A DNA stretch of 64,000 bases from Planctomycetota bacterium (GCA_038212275.1 JBBQUR010000003.1:64001-128000), one strand, 5' to 3'; counted from the first letter of the stretch, positions 48,412-57,719 are shown. Notes: generated from the letters alone by a model not told the origin. A program made the numbers and translations.

Positions 48412-50625
48412 GTGACACTCCTCGTTCTCAACGACGTCCACAAGCACTGGCCCGGCCGCGACCTGCTCGAGGGCGCGTCGCTGCAGATCGATCCGGGCGA
48501 GAAGATCGGCCTCGTGGGGCCCAACGGCGCGGGCAAGACCACGCTGCTCAAGCTCATCATCGGCGAGGACGAGCCCGACGGCGGCAGCGTCACGCTGCGG
48601 CGCGGGGCGCGGCTCGGCTACGTGCCGCAACGGCCGGAGTTTCCGCGCGGCGTGACGGTGCGGCAGCACGTCGGCTCGGGCCTCGCGGAACTGCTCGCGG
48701 CGCTCGCGGAGCATCATCGTGTCAGCGAGGCGCTCTCGCACGGCACGCACGAGGACCGCGGCGAGCACGCGCTGGACGAGGCCGCGCTGCTCAAGCTCAT
48801 CGAGGAGCAGGACCGCCTCGGGCATCTCATCGAGACCCTCGGCGGCTGGCACGTGGAGAACCGCGTCGAGCAGGTGCTCGCGGGCGTCGGCCTCGCGCCG
48901 GGCCTGTGGGACCGCGAGGCCGCCACGCTCTCGGGCGGCGAGAAGAGCCGCACCGCGCTGGCGGCCGCGCTCGTCGGCGGGCACGAACTGCTCATCCTCG
49001 ACGAGCCCACCAATCACCTCGACCTGCACGGCATCGAGTGGATCGAGGAATACCTGCGCACGCTTTCCGGCGCCGTGCTCATCGTGAGCCACGACCGCCG
49101 GCTGCTCGACACCTCGGTGGACGCGATCGTCGAGCTGGAGCACGGCACGCTGTCGCGCTACCCCGGCGGCTACACCAAGTATCTGCGCCTGCGCGCCGAA
49201 CGCTACCTCGCCGAGCGCCGCGCCTGGGATGAGCAGCAGGAATACATCCGCAAGGAAGATGCCTTCATCCGCAAATACATGGGCGGCCAGCGCACGACGG
49301 AAGCGCGCGGCCGCCGCACGCGCCTCGCCAGCCTCAAGCGCCTGCCCGAGCCGCGCCACGACGTGCGCGCGCCGGTCATCCGCCTGCCGCCCGCCGCCGA
49401 GGGCGGCGAACTGGTGCTCGAAGCGCGTGAGCTGTCCGGCGGCTACGCGGCAGCGCCGGGAGGCAGCGCTGCGGCCGGTGGCACCGGTGCGTCCGGTGCT
49501 CGCGCTGCGCTCGGCGCGACCGGCGCGCGCGCGGCGGCCGGCAAGGCGCGTGCCCTGTTCGCCGGAGTGGACCTGCGCGTCGACAAGGGCATGCGCATCG
49601 GAATCGTCGGACGCAACGGCGCGGGCAAGACCACGCTGCTCAAGATTCTCGCGGGAAAGATGGCGCCGCTCGCGGGCGAGCTGCGCACCGGGCACAAGGC
49701 CGCGTGCGGCTACTACGACCAGGAGACCGCCGGCCTGCTGCACGACGGCACGCCGATGACCGAGATCCGCCGCGACCACGCGCTCATGGTGGACGGCGAG
49801 GTTCGCAGCTGGCTCGCGCGCTTCCTCTTCCGCGGCGACGACGTCGAGAAGGACGTGTCGAAACTCTCGGGCGGCGAGCGCGCGCGGCTCTCGCTGGCCA
49901 AGCTGGTGCTCAACGGGCCGACGTGGCTCGCGCTGGACGAGCCCACCAACCACCTCGACCTGCCCGGCCGCACCGCGCTGGAGGAAGCGCTCTCGGAATT
50001 CACCGGCGCAATGCTCTTCGTGAGCCACGACCGCGCCTTCCTCGACGGCCTCTGCACGCACATCATGGAAGTGGGCAACGAGGACGACCCGGTGGACCCT
50101 GGCGACGCGCCCGAGGCCGCGCGCCACCCGCCGCGCCGCGTGCGTCTCGTGCTCGGCAACTACAGCGAGTGGCACGCCCGCGTGCTGCGCGAACGCGGCG
50201 AGCGCCAGGTGCAGCGCAAGGAGGACGGCCCGCGCACGTCTGCGACGCCGAGCGCGTCGGCGGCGGCGGTGCCTGCAGCGGCTGCCTCCGCGCGAGCCGC
50301 GAAGGACGAGACGTCCGCGAAGTCCGCCCCGTCAGCGAAGCCCGAGAAGGCTGAGAAGGCCGAGAAGGCTGAGAAGGCCGAGAAGGCCGCCGCGAAAGTG
50401 CCCGCCGCATCGTCCGGCCCCGAGCGCGTGCGCAACCCGTTCCGATTCAAGCAGCTCGAGGCGCGCATCATGGAGCTCGAAAAGGAGCTGAAGCTGCTGC
50501 ACGCGAAGATCGCCAGCCCCGAGGTCTACCTCGCGCCCGACAAGTTGAAAGTCACCGGCCAGCGCCTCGCCGTCGTCGAGCAGGAACTCGCCGCGGCGAA
50601 CAGCGAGTGGGAGAACTGGGGGTAG
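48412..50625 (+). CDS. ABC-F family ATP-binding protein (Uup/YheS-like)
   Basis: Two ABC cassettes (GPNGAGKTT/LSGGE/DEPTNHLD twice), no TM, C-terminal coiled coil. Confidence 0.93.
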   Translation: MTLLVLNDVHKHWPGRDLLEGASLQIDPGEKIGLVGPNGAGKTTLLKLIIGEDEPDGGSVTLRRGARLGYVPQRPEFPRGVTVRQHVGSGLAELLAALAEHHRVSEALSHGTHEDRGEHALDEAALLKLIEEQDRLGHLIETLGGWHVENRVEQVLAGVGLAPGLWDREAATLSGGEKSRTALAAALVGGHELLILDEPTNHLDLHGIEWIEEYLRTLSGAVLIVSHDRRLLDTSVDAIVELEHGTLSRYPGGYTKYLRLRAERYLAERRAWDEQQEYIRKEDAFIRKYMGGQRTTEARGRRTRLASLKRLPEPRHDVRAPVIRLPPAAEGGELVLEARELSGGYAAAPGGSAAAGGTGASGARAALGATGARAAAGKARALFAGVDLRVDKGMRIGIVGRNGAGKTTLLKILAGKMAPLAGELRTGHKAACGYYDQETAGLLHDGTPMTEIRRDHALMVDGEVRSWLARFLFRGDDVEKDVSKLSGGERARLSLAKLVLNGPTWLALDEPTNHLDLPGRTALEEALSEFTGAMLFVSHDRAFLDGLCTHIMEVGNEDDPVDPGDAPEAARHPPRRVRLVLGNYSEWHARVLRERGERQVQRKEDGPRTSATPSASAAAVPAAAASARAAKDETSAKSAPSAKPEKAEKAEKAEKAEKAAAKVPAASSGPERVRNPFRFKQLEARIMELEKELKLLHAKIASPEVYLAPDKLKVTGQRLAVVEQELAAANSEWENWG

Positions 50626-50654
50626 GTGATGGGATCGGTACGCGGAGCCCGGGC

Positions 50655-51116
50655 ATGACCGGGCGAGACAGACCCGACACGCCCGGCGCACCCGATGCGT
50701 CCGACGCCCACCCGCTGCACCCCGCCTACTTCACGACGCGCTTCCACACCGAGGCCGCGGTGCCAGCGTGGCCCGCAGAGTTCGTGATCCTCTCCGCCTG
50801 CGCGACGACAGGTGAGACGTGGTCCGCGGAGCGCACGGCGCAGGCCGACCGCGCGCTCGAGAGCGAGTTGCGCGAGCGCAGCACGTGGGTCGTGCGCATC
50901 ACCGGTTCTTCCCCGAGCGGCGACCACGCCGAGCCGAGCTGGGCCGCGATTCTGCCGCTACCCGACGCGCTCGATGTGGGCCGCCGCTTCCTGCAGGACG
51001 CGCTCTACATCGTCCGCGGCGATGCCCTTTCCGTGACGCGCTGCAGTGACGATGCGCCGCTCGTCCACGTGGGCTCCTTCGCGGCGCACCTCGACCAGCC
51101 TCGCGCAGACCACTGA
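50655..51116 (+). CDS. DUF3293-like protein
   Basis: AY..T.F, FVILSA, G.SP.GDHAEPSW, GRRFLQDA. Confidence 0.7.
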   Translation: MTGRDRPDTPGAPDASDAHPLHPAYFTTRFHTEAAVPAWPAEFVILSACATTGETWSAERTAQADRALESELRERSTWVVRITGSSPSGDHAEPSWAAILPLPDALDVGRRFLQDALYIVRGDALSVTRCSDDAPLVHVGSFAAHLDQPRADH

Positions 51117-51119
51117 GGT

Positions 51120-52124
51120 TCAGCATCGCAGCCCGGCCGCATCGCGCCGCTCCACGAAGGCTTCCGGCTCGACCGCGCCCGGCGCGTAGACCAGTGTGAC
51201 CAGCGCCTCGGCGGCGCCGGCGCACACCTCGCCCACCGCGCGCGCGCGGGCCGCGAGCGCACCCTTGCGATCGGCCTTGTGGGGATCCTTGCCGTAGAAC
51301 GCCCCGCCGCCGATGGGCACGCCGGGCCCCGCGCCATCCACGACGAGCTTCTTGCCCGACAGCCCGTTGTCGCCGTGCGGCCCGCCGATGGAGAAGTCGC
51401 CCGCACCGTTGAGGTGCAGGTGCGCGGAGTCGAAGCGCGCCACGCCGGGCAGTGCCGCCTCCAGCTCCGCGCAGCCCGCGCGGATCACCGGCACGAGCAG
51501 CCGATGCTGCTCCTCGTACGAAAGCCCCGGCACGTGCTGGATCGAGAACACCAGCCGTGTCCAGGTGCACGTGAGCCGATGCCCCGCGGGAAACGTGTTG
51601 TCCCCCTGCAGCACCGGCAGCAGCTTGAAGTCCGGGCCGAAGGTCTGCGGCGCATGCTGCTCCCGCCATCGGCGCACGTGCTCTCCGAGGCGCAGCGCGA
51701 GCCAGTGCGCGGGCGGCAGGTAGTCCGTGCCCGCGTTGCCGCAGGCGTAGCCGACGCAGATGGCCTGGTCGTCGGAGAGGTGGCGCATCTCGCGCTCGTC
51801 CTGCGAAAGTGCTTCGGCGCACAGATCGTGCGTGACGATGAGCCGCTCCGGGTCGGGCGACCACAGGCCGCCGTAGCCCGCCGCGCGATACGCGGCGCGC
51901 GCGAAGCGCGGCAGGAACTCGTCCGGGTCGCCCGGGCCGTGCGGCCCCGCGGCGATGCGCCCGGTGACGAAGACCTTGTCGGTGGACACGGCCACCTCCA
52001 CGCCGACGAGCGCATCGGGATCGATGGCAATCGCGTGCTGCACGCAGGCCTCCGCGATGGCGTCGGCCAGGCGGTCCGGGTGACCCGGCGAGACGTATTC
52101 GGCGCAATGAACGGTGCGGGACAT
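51120..52124 (-). CDS. metK: Divergent methionine adenosyltransferase (MetK-like)
   Basis: AEYVSPGHPDRLAD, DDQAICVGYA, GGPHGDNGLSGKKLVVD, GGGAFYGKDPHKADR; AAGGAG RBS. Confidence 0.85.
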   Translation of the reverse strand: MSRTVHCAEYVSPGHPDRLADAIAEACVQHAIAIDPDALVGVEVAVSTDKVFVTGRIAAGPHGPGDPDEFLPRFARAAYRAAGYGGLWSPDPERLIVTHDLCAEALSQDEREMRHLSDDQAICVGYACGNAGTDYLPPAHWLALRLGEHVRRWREQHAPQTFGPDFKLLPVLQGDNTFPAGHRLTCTWTRLVFSIQHVPGLSYEEQHRLLVPVIRAGCAELEAALPGVARFDSAHLHLNGAGDFSIGGPHGDNGLSGKKLVVDGAGPGVPIGGGAFYGKDPHKADRKGALAARARAVGEVCAGAAEALVTLVYAPGAVEPEAFVERRDAAGLRC

Positions 52125-52156
52125 GCGAGGTGACTCCTTGGGGACATGCGGCGCGC

Positions 52157-53566
52157 TCAGGCGCCGCCGAGATCGGGAAGCAGTTCGACGTGGCGCGCTG
52201 CGGGAGCAAGGTCGTTGTGCGACGCGGCGCCGAGCGGCCGGTACAGGCCCACATACAGCGCCGTGCCGAGGCTGGTGAACGCGTCGGGCGCGACCGCGCC
52301 GACGTAGCCGTCGGTGATCAGCACGGTGCGCCGCGGCCGGCGCGTGCGCGGCAGCGCGGCGAGGTGCTGGAGGACGCAGCGGATGTCGGTGCCCAGCGTG
52401 TTGGCGAGGCGCTGACGCAGCAGATCCTGCGGCGACACCTCGCCGATCACGGTGCTGAACACGAAAAGCCGGATCGCGCGCGCCCGGTGCAGCGGCGCCA
52501 GCGCGCCCGCGAGTGGCCGCAGCGCGGCAGCCATCGAGCCGCTCACGTCCAGATAGACGTGCGCAACGGGCAGCGGTTCGCGACGCGTGCGCGGCGCGAG
52601 ACAGCTCCCGCGGTAGAGCAGCGGAGCGGCGCCGGTCAGCCGCCGCAGCGCGTGGGCGCGCCGATCGCCGGCCTGCGGCAGCACCGTTTCGATCTCCAGC
52701 GGCTGCACGGAGTGGAGCAGGCGGCGGCTGCCGTGCCACGCGTGCTGCTGCAGGCCGGCACGCGCCAGCAGGCGGCGGATCGCGGCGCGCAGCGCGCGCG
52801 TCGGGTCGGCCGGGGCACCGAGCATCCAGGACTTCACGGGGCGCCCCGTGTCGCGCCCGCCGAGGCGTTGCCGCGGAGGCGGCCAGCCCTCGACGACGCG
52901 GCGCAGCACGTCGCGCAGCGTCGCGTCGCGCGTCGCGGAGTCATCCCGCACGCCGTCACCGTGCTCGCCTTCGTGGTCGCCGAGCAGCACGGGCGATGTG
53001 TCCTCGCCGTCGTCGAGCAGCGCGGTGAGCAGCTCGAAGATCTCGTGGTACGTGATGTCGCCAGTGCGCCCGTAGAGCAGGTCGTGGATGCGGCGCTCCT
53101 CGGGTCCCGCGTCGGCGGGCAGCGGCTGCGGGCGTTCGGGCCAGCCGGGCGCCGGGCGCAGCAGCCGCCCGGGGAACTCCTCCCATGAGTTGAGCGCCTG
53201 GAAGAAGGACGTGAACTCGCGCCCCGGAAACTGCTGGCAGAGCAGCGCGTTGATGACCGCGTCGAAGGCGAGGTTGTGCGCGAGCGTGGCGCGCGGGAAC
53301 AGCCGTGTGTGCCCGAGCACCACGTGCTGCAGCTCGTGCATGACCAGCAGGAAGAGGTGCTCGTCCGTCCGGCACGACGCCTCGATGAAGCGCGGATTCA
53401 GCAGCATCCGCGGGCGCTCGACGCACTCGATGGCGGCGGTGGGCACGTCCTCCGTGCAGGCGATGTCCACGAGCGAAAGGAGCTTCTCCATCTGGTAACT
53501 CGCGGCCGGGATCACGGAGTAGATGCGCGCGCGCAGCCGGGCGGCGTCGGAGTCGTGCGTGGTCAT
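52157..53566 (-). CDS. DUF2201-like HExxH metallopeptidase + VWA domain protein
   Basis: MHELQH, NLAFDAVIN, MIDAS YLDVSGSM, GTD, LITDG. Confidence 0.85.
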   Translation of the reverse strand: MTTHDSDAARLRARIYSVIPAASYQMEKLLSLVDIACTEDVPTAAIECVERPRMLLNPRFIEASCRTDEHLFLLVMHELQHVVLGHTRLFPRATLAHNLAFDAVINALLCQQFPGREFTSFFQALNSWEEFPGRLLRPAPGWPERPQPLPADAGPEERRIHDLLYGRTGDITYHEIFELLTALLDDGEDTSPVLLGDHEGEHGDGVRDDSATRDATLRDVLRRVVEGWPPPRQRLGGRDTGRPVKSWMLGAPADPTRALRAAIRRLLARAGLQQHAWHGSRRLLHSVQPLEIETVLPQAGDRRAHALRRLTGAAPLLYRGSCLAPRTRREPLPVAHVYLDVSGSMAAALRPLAGALAPLHRARAIRLFVFSTVIGEVSPQDLLRQRLANTLGTDIRCVLQHLAALPRTRRPRRTVLITDGYVGAVAPDAFTSLGTALYVGLYRPLGAASHNDLAPAARHVELLPDLGGA

Positions 53567-54264
53567 GGCGTCCCCTCGGGTTGCCGCGCGCCGGGGTGTG
53601 GCTTCGGAGCCGCGGCCGCCCGACGCCTGCGCGTCCGGACTTGCGCGGTGAGAAAACGCGGGTCATCCACCGCGAGGTCGGCCTCGAAGAGGTGACGCCA
53701 GGTGCGGTCCGGCGCACGCGACGCGATGGAGAGTGCGCCGACGCGCCGCTCGAGCACCGCGAGGGTGAGCGCGAGGTCTGCGCACGGTGCCCAGACGTCT
53801 CCGGGAGCCCAGTCTTCGGGTGGAAACCAGCCCATGAGCACGCCGCTCGGCCTGCAGCGCGATGCCCCGTGCTGTCCTGCCGCGTCCGCCGCGCATGGCG
53901 CGGAGTCGAGCAGCGCGCGATCGAGGCAGCCGGCGCGTGTGGCCGAGGCGAGCAGGCGCTCGATGCTGCCCTTCCAGCGTCTCTGCGCCTTCCGCACCAG
54001 CGCGGCGCGCAGGGAGGATGGCACGGGTCCGTATCTGGCAATCTCTTCGCGTGTTGCCATGCTGGTCGGAGCGGACGCGCGCGCCGGCACTGCCGCATTC
54101 GCCACCAACCTGGCGGCGCGCGCTCGCGGAGCCGTGTCCAGCAGGCCCTGCGCGAGCAGCGCATGCGCGAGGCTGAACACCGTCACCCGTCCCCAGACCG
54201 GCTTCTGGAGCGACGTGACCTGCGTGCGCGGGGGCGCGCTCATGTTGTGGAGCCACGTCGTCAT
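53563..54264 (-). CDS. Hypothetical protein
   Basis: ATGA overlaps at both ends within the operon; no family recognised. Confidence 0.55.
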   Translation of the reverse strand: MTTWLHNMSAPPRTQVTSLQKPVWGRVTVFSLAHALLAQGLLDTAPRARAARLVANAAVPARASAPTSMATREEIARYGPVPSSLRAALVRKAQRRWKGSIERLLASATRAGCLDRALLDSAPCAADAAGQHGASRCRPSGVLMGWFPPEDWAPGDVWAPCADLALTLAVLERRVGALSIASRAPDRTWRHLFEADLAVDDPRFLTAQVRTRRRRAAAAPKPHPGARQPEGTP

Positions 54265-55847
54265 CGCGGGCCCTCGACGGACAGGCGTTCCGCGAGGCGC
54301 AGGCGCTGCCAGAGTTGCCGGAAGGTGTCGAGCACGCGCTGCGGCGTCGTCGTCCCGAAGCCATCCGGCAGGAGCGACTCGAGCAGATTGCGGGCATAGC
54401 CGTTGTGCACGCGTGCCGGATGGCCGTCGTCCACCGGCAACTCGGCGGCGAGGCGACCGATCTCGCGCGCCGTGTTCACCTGCGCGGCCGACACCGACAG
54501 CGAGCGCACCGCGGGCTGCAGCGCGCGCCGCGCGTCGCGCGCCAGCGTCTCGAAGGCGGTGGCGTGCAGGCGCCCGTCGCGGTGCAGCGCGAGGTGCAGC
54601 GCCAGGGCCACGGCCGTGCGGCGCGCGGGCTCCGTCACCGACGCGACGCCGTCGAGCACGAGCGGCGTCAGCTCGTCGGCCCCGAAGCCGGGCAACTCGA
54701 TGGCGCGGAGCGCGCGCTCGAGCGGGTCGGGCGTGGCGAGGAGCGCGCGCCACGGGTCGTCGTCGGCCAGGCCGCTGAGCTTCCACGCGTGGCGGTGCAG
54801 AGCGAGCAGCGCGGCGCGGTCTGCACGGCCGTGTCGCGCGAGCTCCGGGTCACCGTGCAGGACCGCGAGCCACAACGATGTGTTCCAGTCCACCTCGCCG
54901 ATGGGCGCGGTCGGATGTGCGGCGCGTTGCAGCGTGACGCGCGCTGCCTGCAGCGCGAGCGCCGAGCGCAGCAGCATCGTCAGGCGGCGCGTGGAGAACG
55001 CCGGCTGCTTGCAGGCTTCGCGCTGCGCGGCCAGCGCGAGGAAGTAGTTCGCGAGACGGTCCGGCACCGAGCGCGAGAAGGCCGCGAACAACTGCTCGGC
55101 TCGCGCCACAAGATCCGGCAACTCCACCGGAAACTCGTGCCGTCCGTGGAACTGGTCGAGCAGGATCGAGCGGCGCTCGTGATCCGTGAGGTCGGCCCAG
55201 GTCGGCACCTCGACGAGGAAGGCAAAGCGGTCCGCGAGCGCAGGGTCGAGCGGCTCGGCGCCGAGATAGGCGTCGTCGTCCGCGCCGTCGGCATCGTCCG
55301 CGGCGGGCGGATTCATGGCCGCCCAGCGGTAGCGCAGCTTCTCGAGCAGCACGCCCTGCACGCGCCGTTCGTGCACGATCGGGAACAGCTTGTTCGCGAG
55401 GTCCGGCCGGCAGCGCGACAACTCGTCGATGAACACCACCTCGGCGTCCCAGATCGCCGTCGGCGTCGCGATGTAGCGCAGGTGGGTAGCGCTTTCGTCG
55501 GGCACCGGCACGCCGACGAGGTCGTCGTAGTTGAGCAGGCTCGCGTTGTAGAAGCGGTACTCCAGGCGCAGCGCCTGCGCCAGCCGCTCCAGCAGAAAGC
55601 TCTTGGCCGTGCCGTGCCGCCCGATGAGCAGCATCGGCTCCGCGCTCGCGAGCGCCGCGAGCACGACCGGCTCGAGCGCGGTCCAGCCGTGCAGCCCGAG
55701 AGGCTCCGTGAGCAGCGAGGGGATGCACATCGTGGGTCGCACCTGCGCCTCGTCTGGCGCCAGAAGGGGCGTCGGCGGGGGCGCCGGTGCGGCCGCGCCA
55801 TCGGATCCGGCTGCGGTCCGGGCTGCAGTTCGGACGCGCGGACTCAC
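54261..55847 (-). CDS. MoxR-type AAA+ ATPase
   Basis: Walker A GRHGTAKS, Walker B VVFIDE, AAMNP, PLDPALADRF, STRR; GTG overlaps upstream stop. Confidence 0.88.
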   Translation of the reverse strand: MSPRVRTAARTAAGSDGAAAPAPPPTPLLAPDEAQVRPTMCIPSLLTEPLGLHGWTALEPVVLAALASAEPMLLIGRHGTAKSFLLERLAQALRLEYRFYNASLLNYDDLVGVPVPDESATHLRYIATPTAIWDAEVVFIDELSRCRPDLANKLFPIVHERRVQGVLLEKLRYRWAAMNPPAADDADGADDDAYLGAEPLDPALADRFAFLVEVPTWADLTDHERRSILLDQFHGRHEFPVELPDLVARAEQLFAAFSRSVPDRLANYFLALAAQREACKQPAFSTRRLTMLLRSALALQAARVTLQRAAHPTAPIGEVDWNTSLWLAVLHGDPELARHGRADRAALLALHRHAWKLSGLADDDPWRALLATPDPLERALRAIELPGFGADELTPLVLDGVASVTEPARRTAVALALHLALHRDGRLHATAFETLARDARRALQPAVRSLSVSAAQVNTAREIGRLAAELPVDDGHPARVHNGYARNLLESLLPDGFGTTTPQRVLDTFRQLWQRLRLAERLSVEGPR

Positions 55848-56068
55848 GAGCGTACCGCCGCGGTCGGCTGTGCCAGGTGCGCGAGGAGTGCGTCGCGCAG
55901 GAGGATGGCCTCGTCGCGCCGCTGCGTGCGCAGCGATCGGCGCACGCGGCGGACCCGGCCGTCAAGCGTCTCGAGCGTGTAGTGGATCCACCAGACGCCG
56001 TGGTTGTTCCACAGGTGGTGGAGCGGATTGCCGCCGGTGATGCGGAGGGACAGGCGCGCTGCGCGCAT
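55844..56068 (-). CDS. Small basic conserved protein (NPxHHLWNNxGxWW)
   Basis: 74 aa; AAAGGAA RBS; first gene after the riboswitch. Confidence 0.7.
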   Translation of the reverse strand: MRAARLSLRITGGNPLHHLWNNHGVWWIHYTLETLDGRVRRVRRSLRTQRRDEAILLRDALLAHLAQPTAAVRS

Positions 56069-56095
56069 GGTGCGTGTTCCTTTCGGTCACGCACC
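56069..56095 (-). promoter_or_regulatory. RBS-sequestering hairpin (putative riboswitch expression platform)
   Basis: Transcript GGUGCGUG-ACC-GAAA-GGAA-CACGCACC-AUG: 8-bp stem abutting the start codon with the SD inside. Confidence 0.55.
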
Positions 56096-56164
56096 AGAAA
56101 CACGGCCGCGCGTCGTCGCGCTGTCGTCGGAAGTTTCGTTCGCCGGGGCGCTCACGCCCCGCGC

Positions 56165-56260
56165 GCATCCCTCCGGCGTACGCCGCCGGAGGAAACCACC
56201 TTGGCCTTCCGGGCCAGGTTGGCCGACCCCTCCCGCGAGGGAGGAGCCGTTCCTGATGCT
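56165..56260 (-). ncRNA. SAM-I (S-box) clan riboswitch, variant
   Basis: P1 GCAUC/GAUGC; J1/2 AGGAA; P2 CGGCUCCUCCC-UCGC-GGGAGGGGUCG; P3 CCAACCU-GGCC-CGGAA-GGCC-AAGGUGG; P4 CUCCGGCG-GCGUA-CGCCGGAG; metK-like gene downstream; TAGAGT -10 box at 56268-56273. Confidence 0.75.
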
Positions 56261-56378
56261 GGTGCGGACTCTAACCTGCCGCGCCGGATCGCGCACCGGT
56301 CATGTGTGTCATGAAATCCGGTGCGGCCGGCAGCCCCGCTCCCGTGTCACGGCGCTGACAGAATGTGTGCCCGCTGGT

Positions 56379-56411
<33 letters not shown>

Positions 56412-57020
56412 TGGATCTGCCGTTCCGGGACATCGGGAGCATGATCCTGCGCCTGCAGCTGCGCGATGATCGGGGCGCGCGGGGCATCGGCCTGCTCGAG
56501 CGGCCCCGCACTCATCTGCCGGCGGTCTTCCGAAATCATTCCCCGTCGGGGGCTCGGCGGCGCCGTGCGCCGGGCGGCGTGACTTCCACGTCCACGCTGG
56601 TCTCGCCGTCGCCGGCCGCGCTCTTCAGCACGATGCGCGCGGTCCACCATTCGCGAGTGTCGAAGTCGCACCTGGCGACGTAGCGCAATCTGCCGCGCGA
56701 CACAACGGCGACACCGGCGGAGATCCAGCGCCGGGGCGGGGATGAGCGCGTGGCCGTCGTGCTGTCCGCCAACTCGGCCATGGCCCACCTCTGCCATGAC
56801 ATCGGACGAATGCTCCTGCAGAGCCGGGAATGCGCGGCCGGGGAGCCAGGGTGATCGACCGGCTCGCCGCGGATCCCCGGCTCCAACGTGGCGTGGAGCA
56901 GGCGCTCGTCGATCTCGGGGAGCGTTTCCGCCTGGAGCCGGGCAGCGGCTTCGCCTCCGCGTGCTCAACGCACGAAGACCGAACGATGACGCGGCGAGCC
57001 GCGCTCGTACAAATCCCTTG

Positions 57021-57521
57021 CTATCGTTTTCGACGCATCGCGGCGGGTCGCGATCTGGTTGCGACATCGCGCGTCCGCAGCTCGACATGGCAGCCCAGCA
57101 CGCCCAGCAGCTCGATCAGTTGCCGCAGCGACGTGCGTGGTTTGCCGGTGTCGAGCACTCGGTAGAGCTGAGCAGCCGAGGTGCCGAGTCGCCGGCAGAT
57201 CTCGCGGTGGGAGAGGAGTGTCTTTTCCATGCGCCGCTGAGCCTCCAACGTCAGCTCATAGGCCAAGATGTCCGCCATGAAGGCCGGGTCCTTGTTCTCG
57301 TCGAGGACAGCATCCAGGTGGAGCGATCCCTCGCGTCCCGAGGCGAGCTCGTACGTGAAGGCCTCGCGCCCGAGTTCCGGGTCCACGTAGACGCGGACGA
57401 TGCGGTCCCTGGAGGTCGGCTTCGGTGTGACCTTGGCGTAGGGAAAGCGCAACAGGCCCTTGGGTGTCGCGACCTCGAAGGCCTTGCTGCGGTTGTTGGC
57501 GCGCACGCTGCGGATCTTCAA
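57021..57521 (-). CDS. Putative antitoxin: DUF2442-like N-terminus + C-terminal HTH
   Basis: TTG start overlapping upstream stop; HTH SHREICRRLGTSAAQLYRVLD. Confidence 0.7.
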   Translation of the reverse strand: MKIRSVRANNRSKAFEVATPKGLLRFPYAKVTPKPTSRDRIVRVYVDPELGREAFTYELASGREGSLHLDAVLDENKDPAFMADILAYELTLEAQRRMEKTLLSHREICRRLGTSAAQLYRVLDTGKPRTSLRQLIELLGVLGCHVELRTRDVATRSRPAAMRRKR

Positions 57522-57712
57522 AGCTGGCCCTCGGCAACGAGTTGCTCGATGACCCGACGGACGCGCCTGCTCGCGTGTCCGCTGATCGGACGAAGTCTTT
57601 CCAGGTCCCATTTCACGAGCAGGATCCTCCGGAAGTCGACGTGCACATGCCGTGGGTCGTGGTCACCCTTCCATGTGAGGAAGATGTCACCCGCCCGTCG
57701 GATCTTCGACAT
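57518..57712 (-). CDS. Putative toxin, DUF4160-like
   Basis: 64 aa with DHDPRHVHV motif; coupled to the HTH gene. Confidence 0.65.
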   Translation of the reverse strand: MSKIRRAGDIFLTWKGDHDPRHVHVDFRRILLVKWDLERLRPISGHASRRVRRVIEQLVAEGQL

Positions 57713-57719
57713 CGCAACC

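Noticed and set aside
56345..56360. TGTCA-N6-TGACA palindrome upstream of the riboswitch promoter
   Set aside because: Only 5-bp arms, single copy, no cognate regulator nearby.
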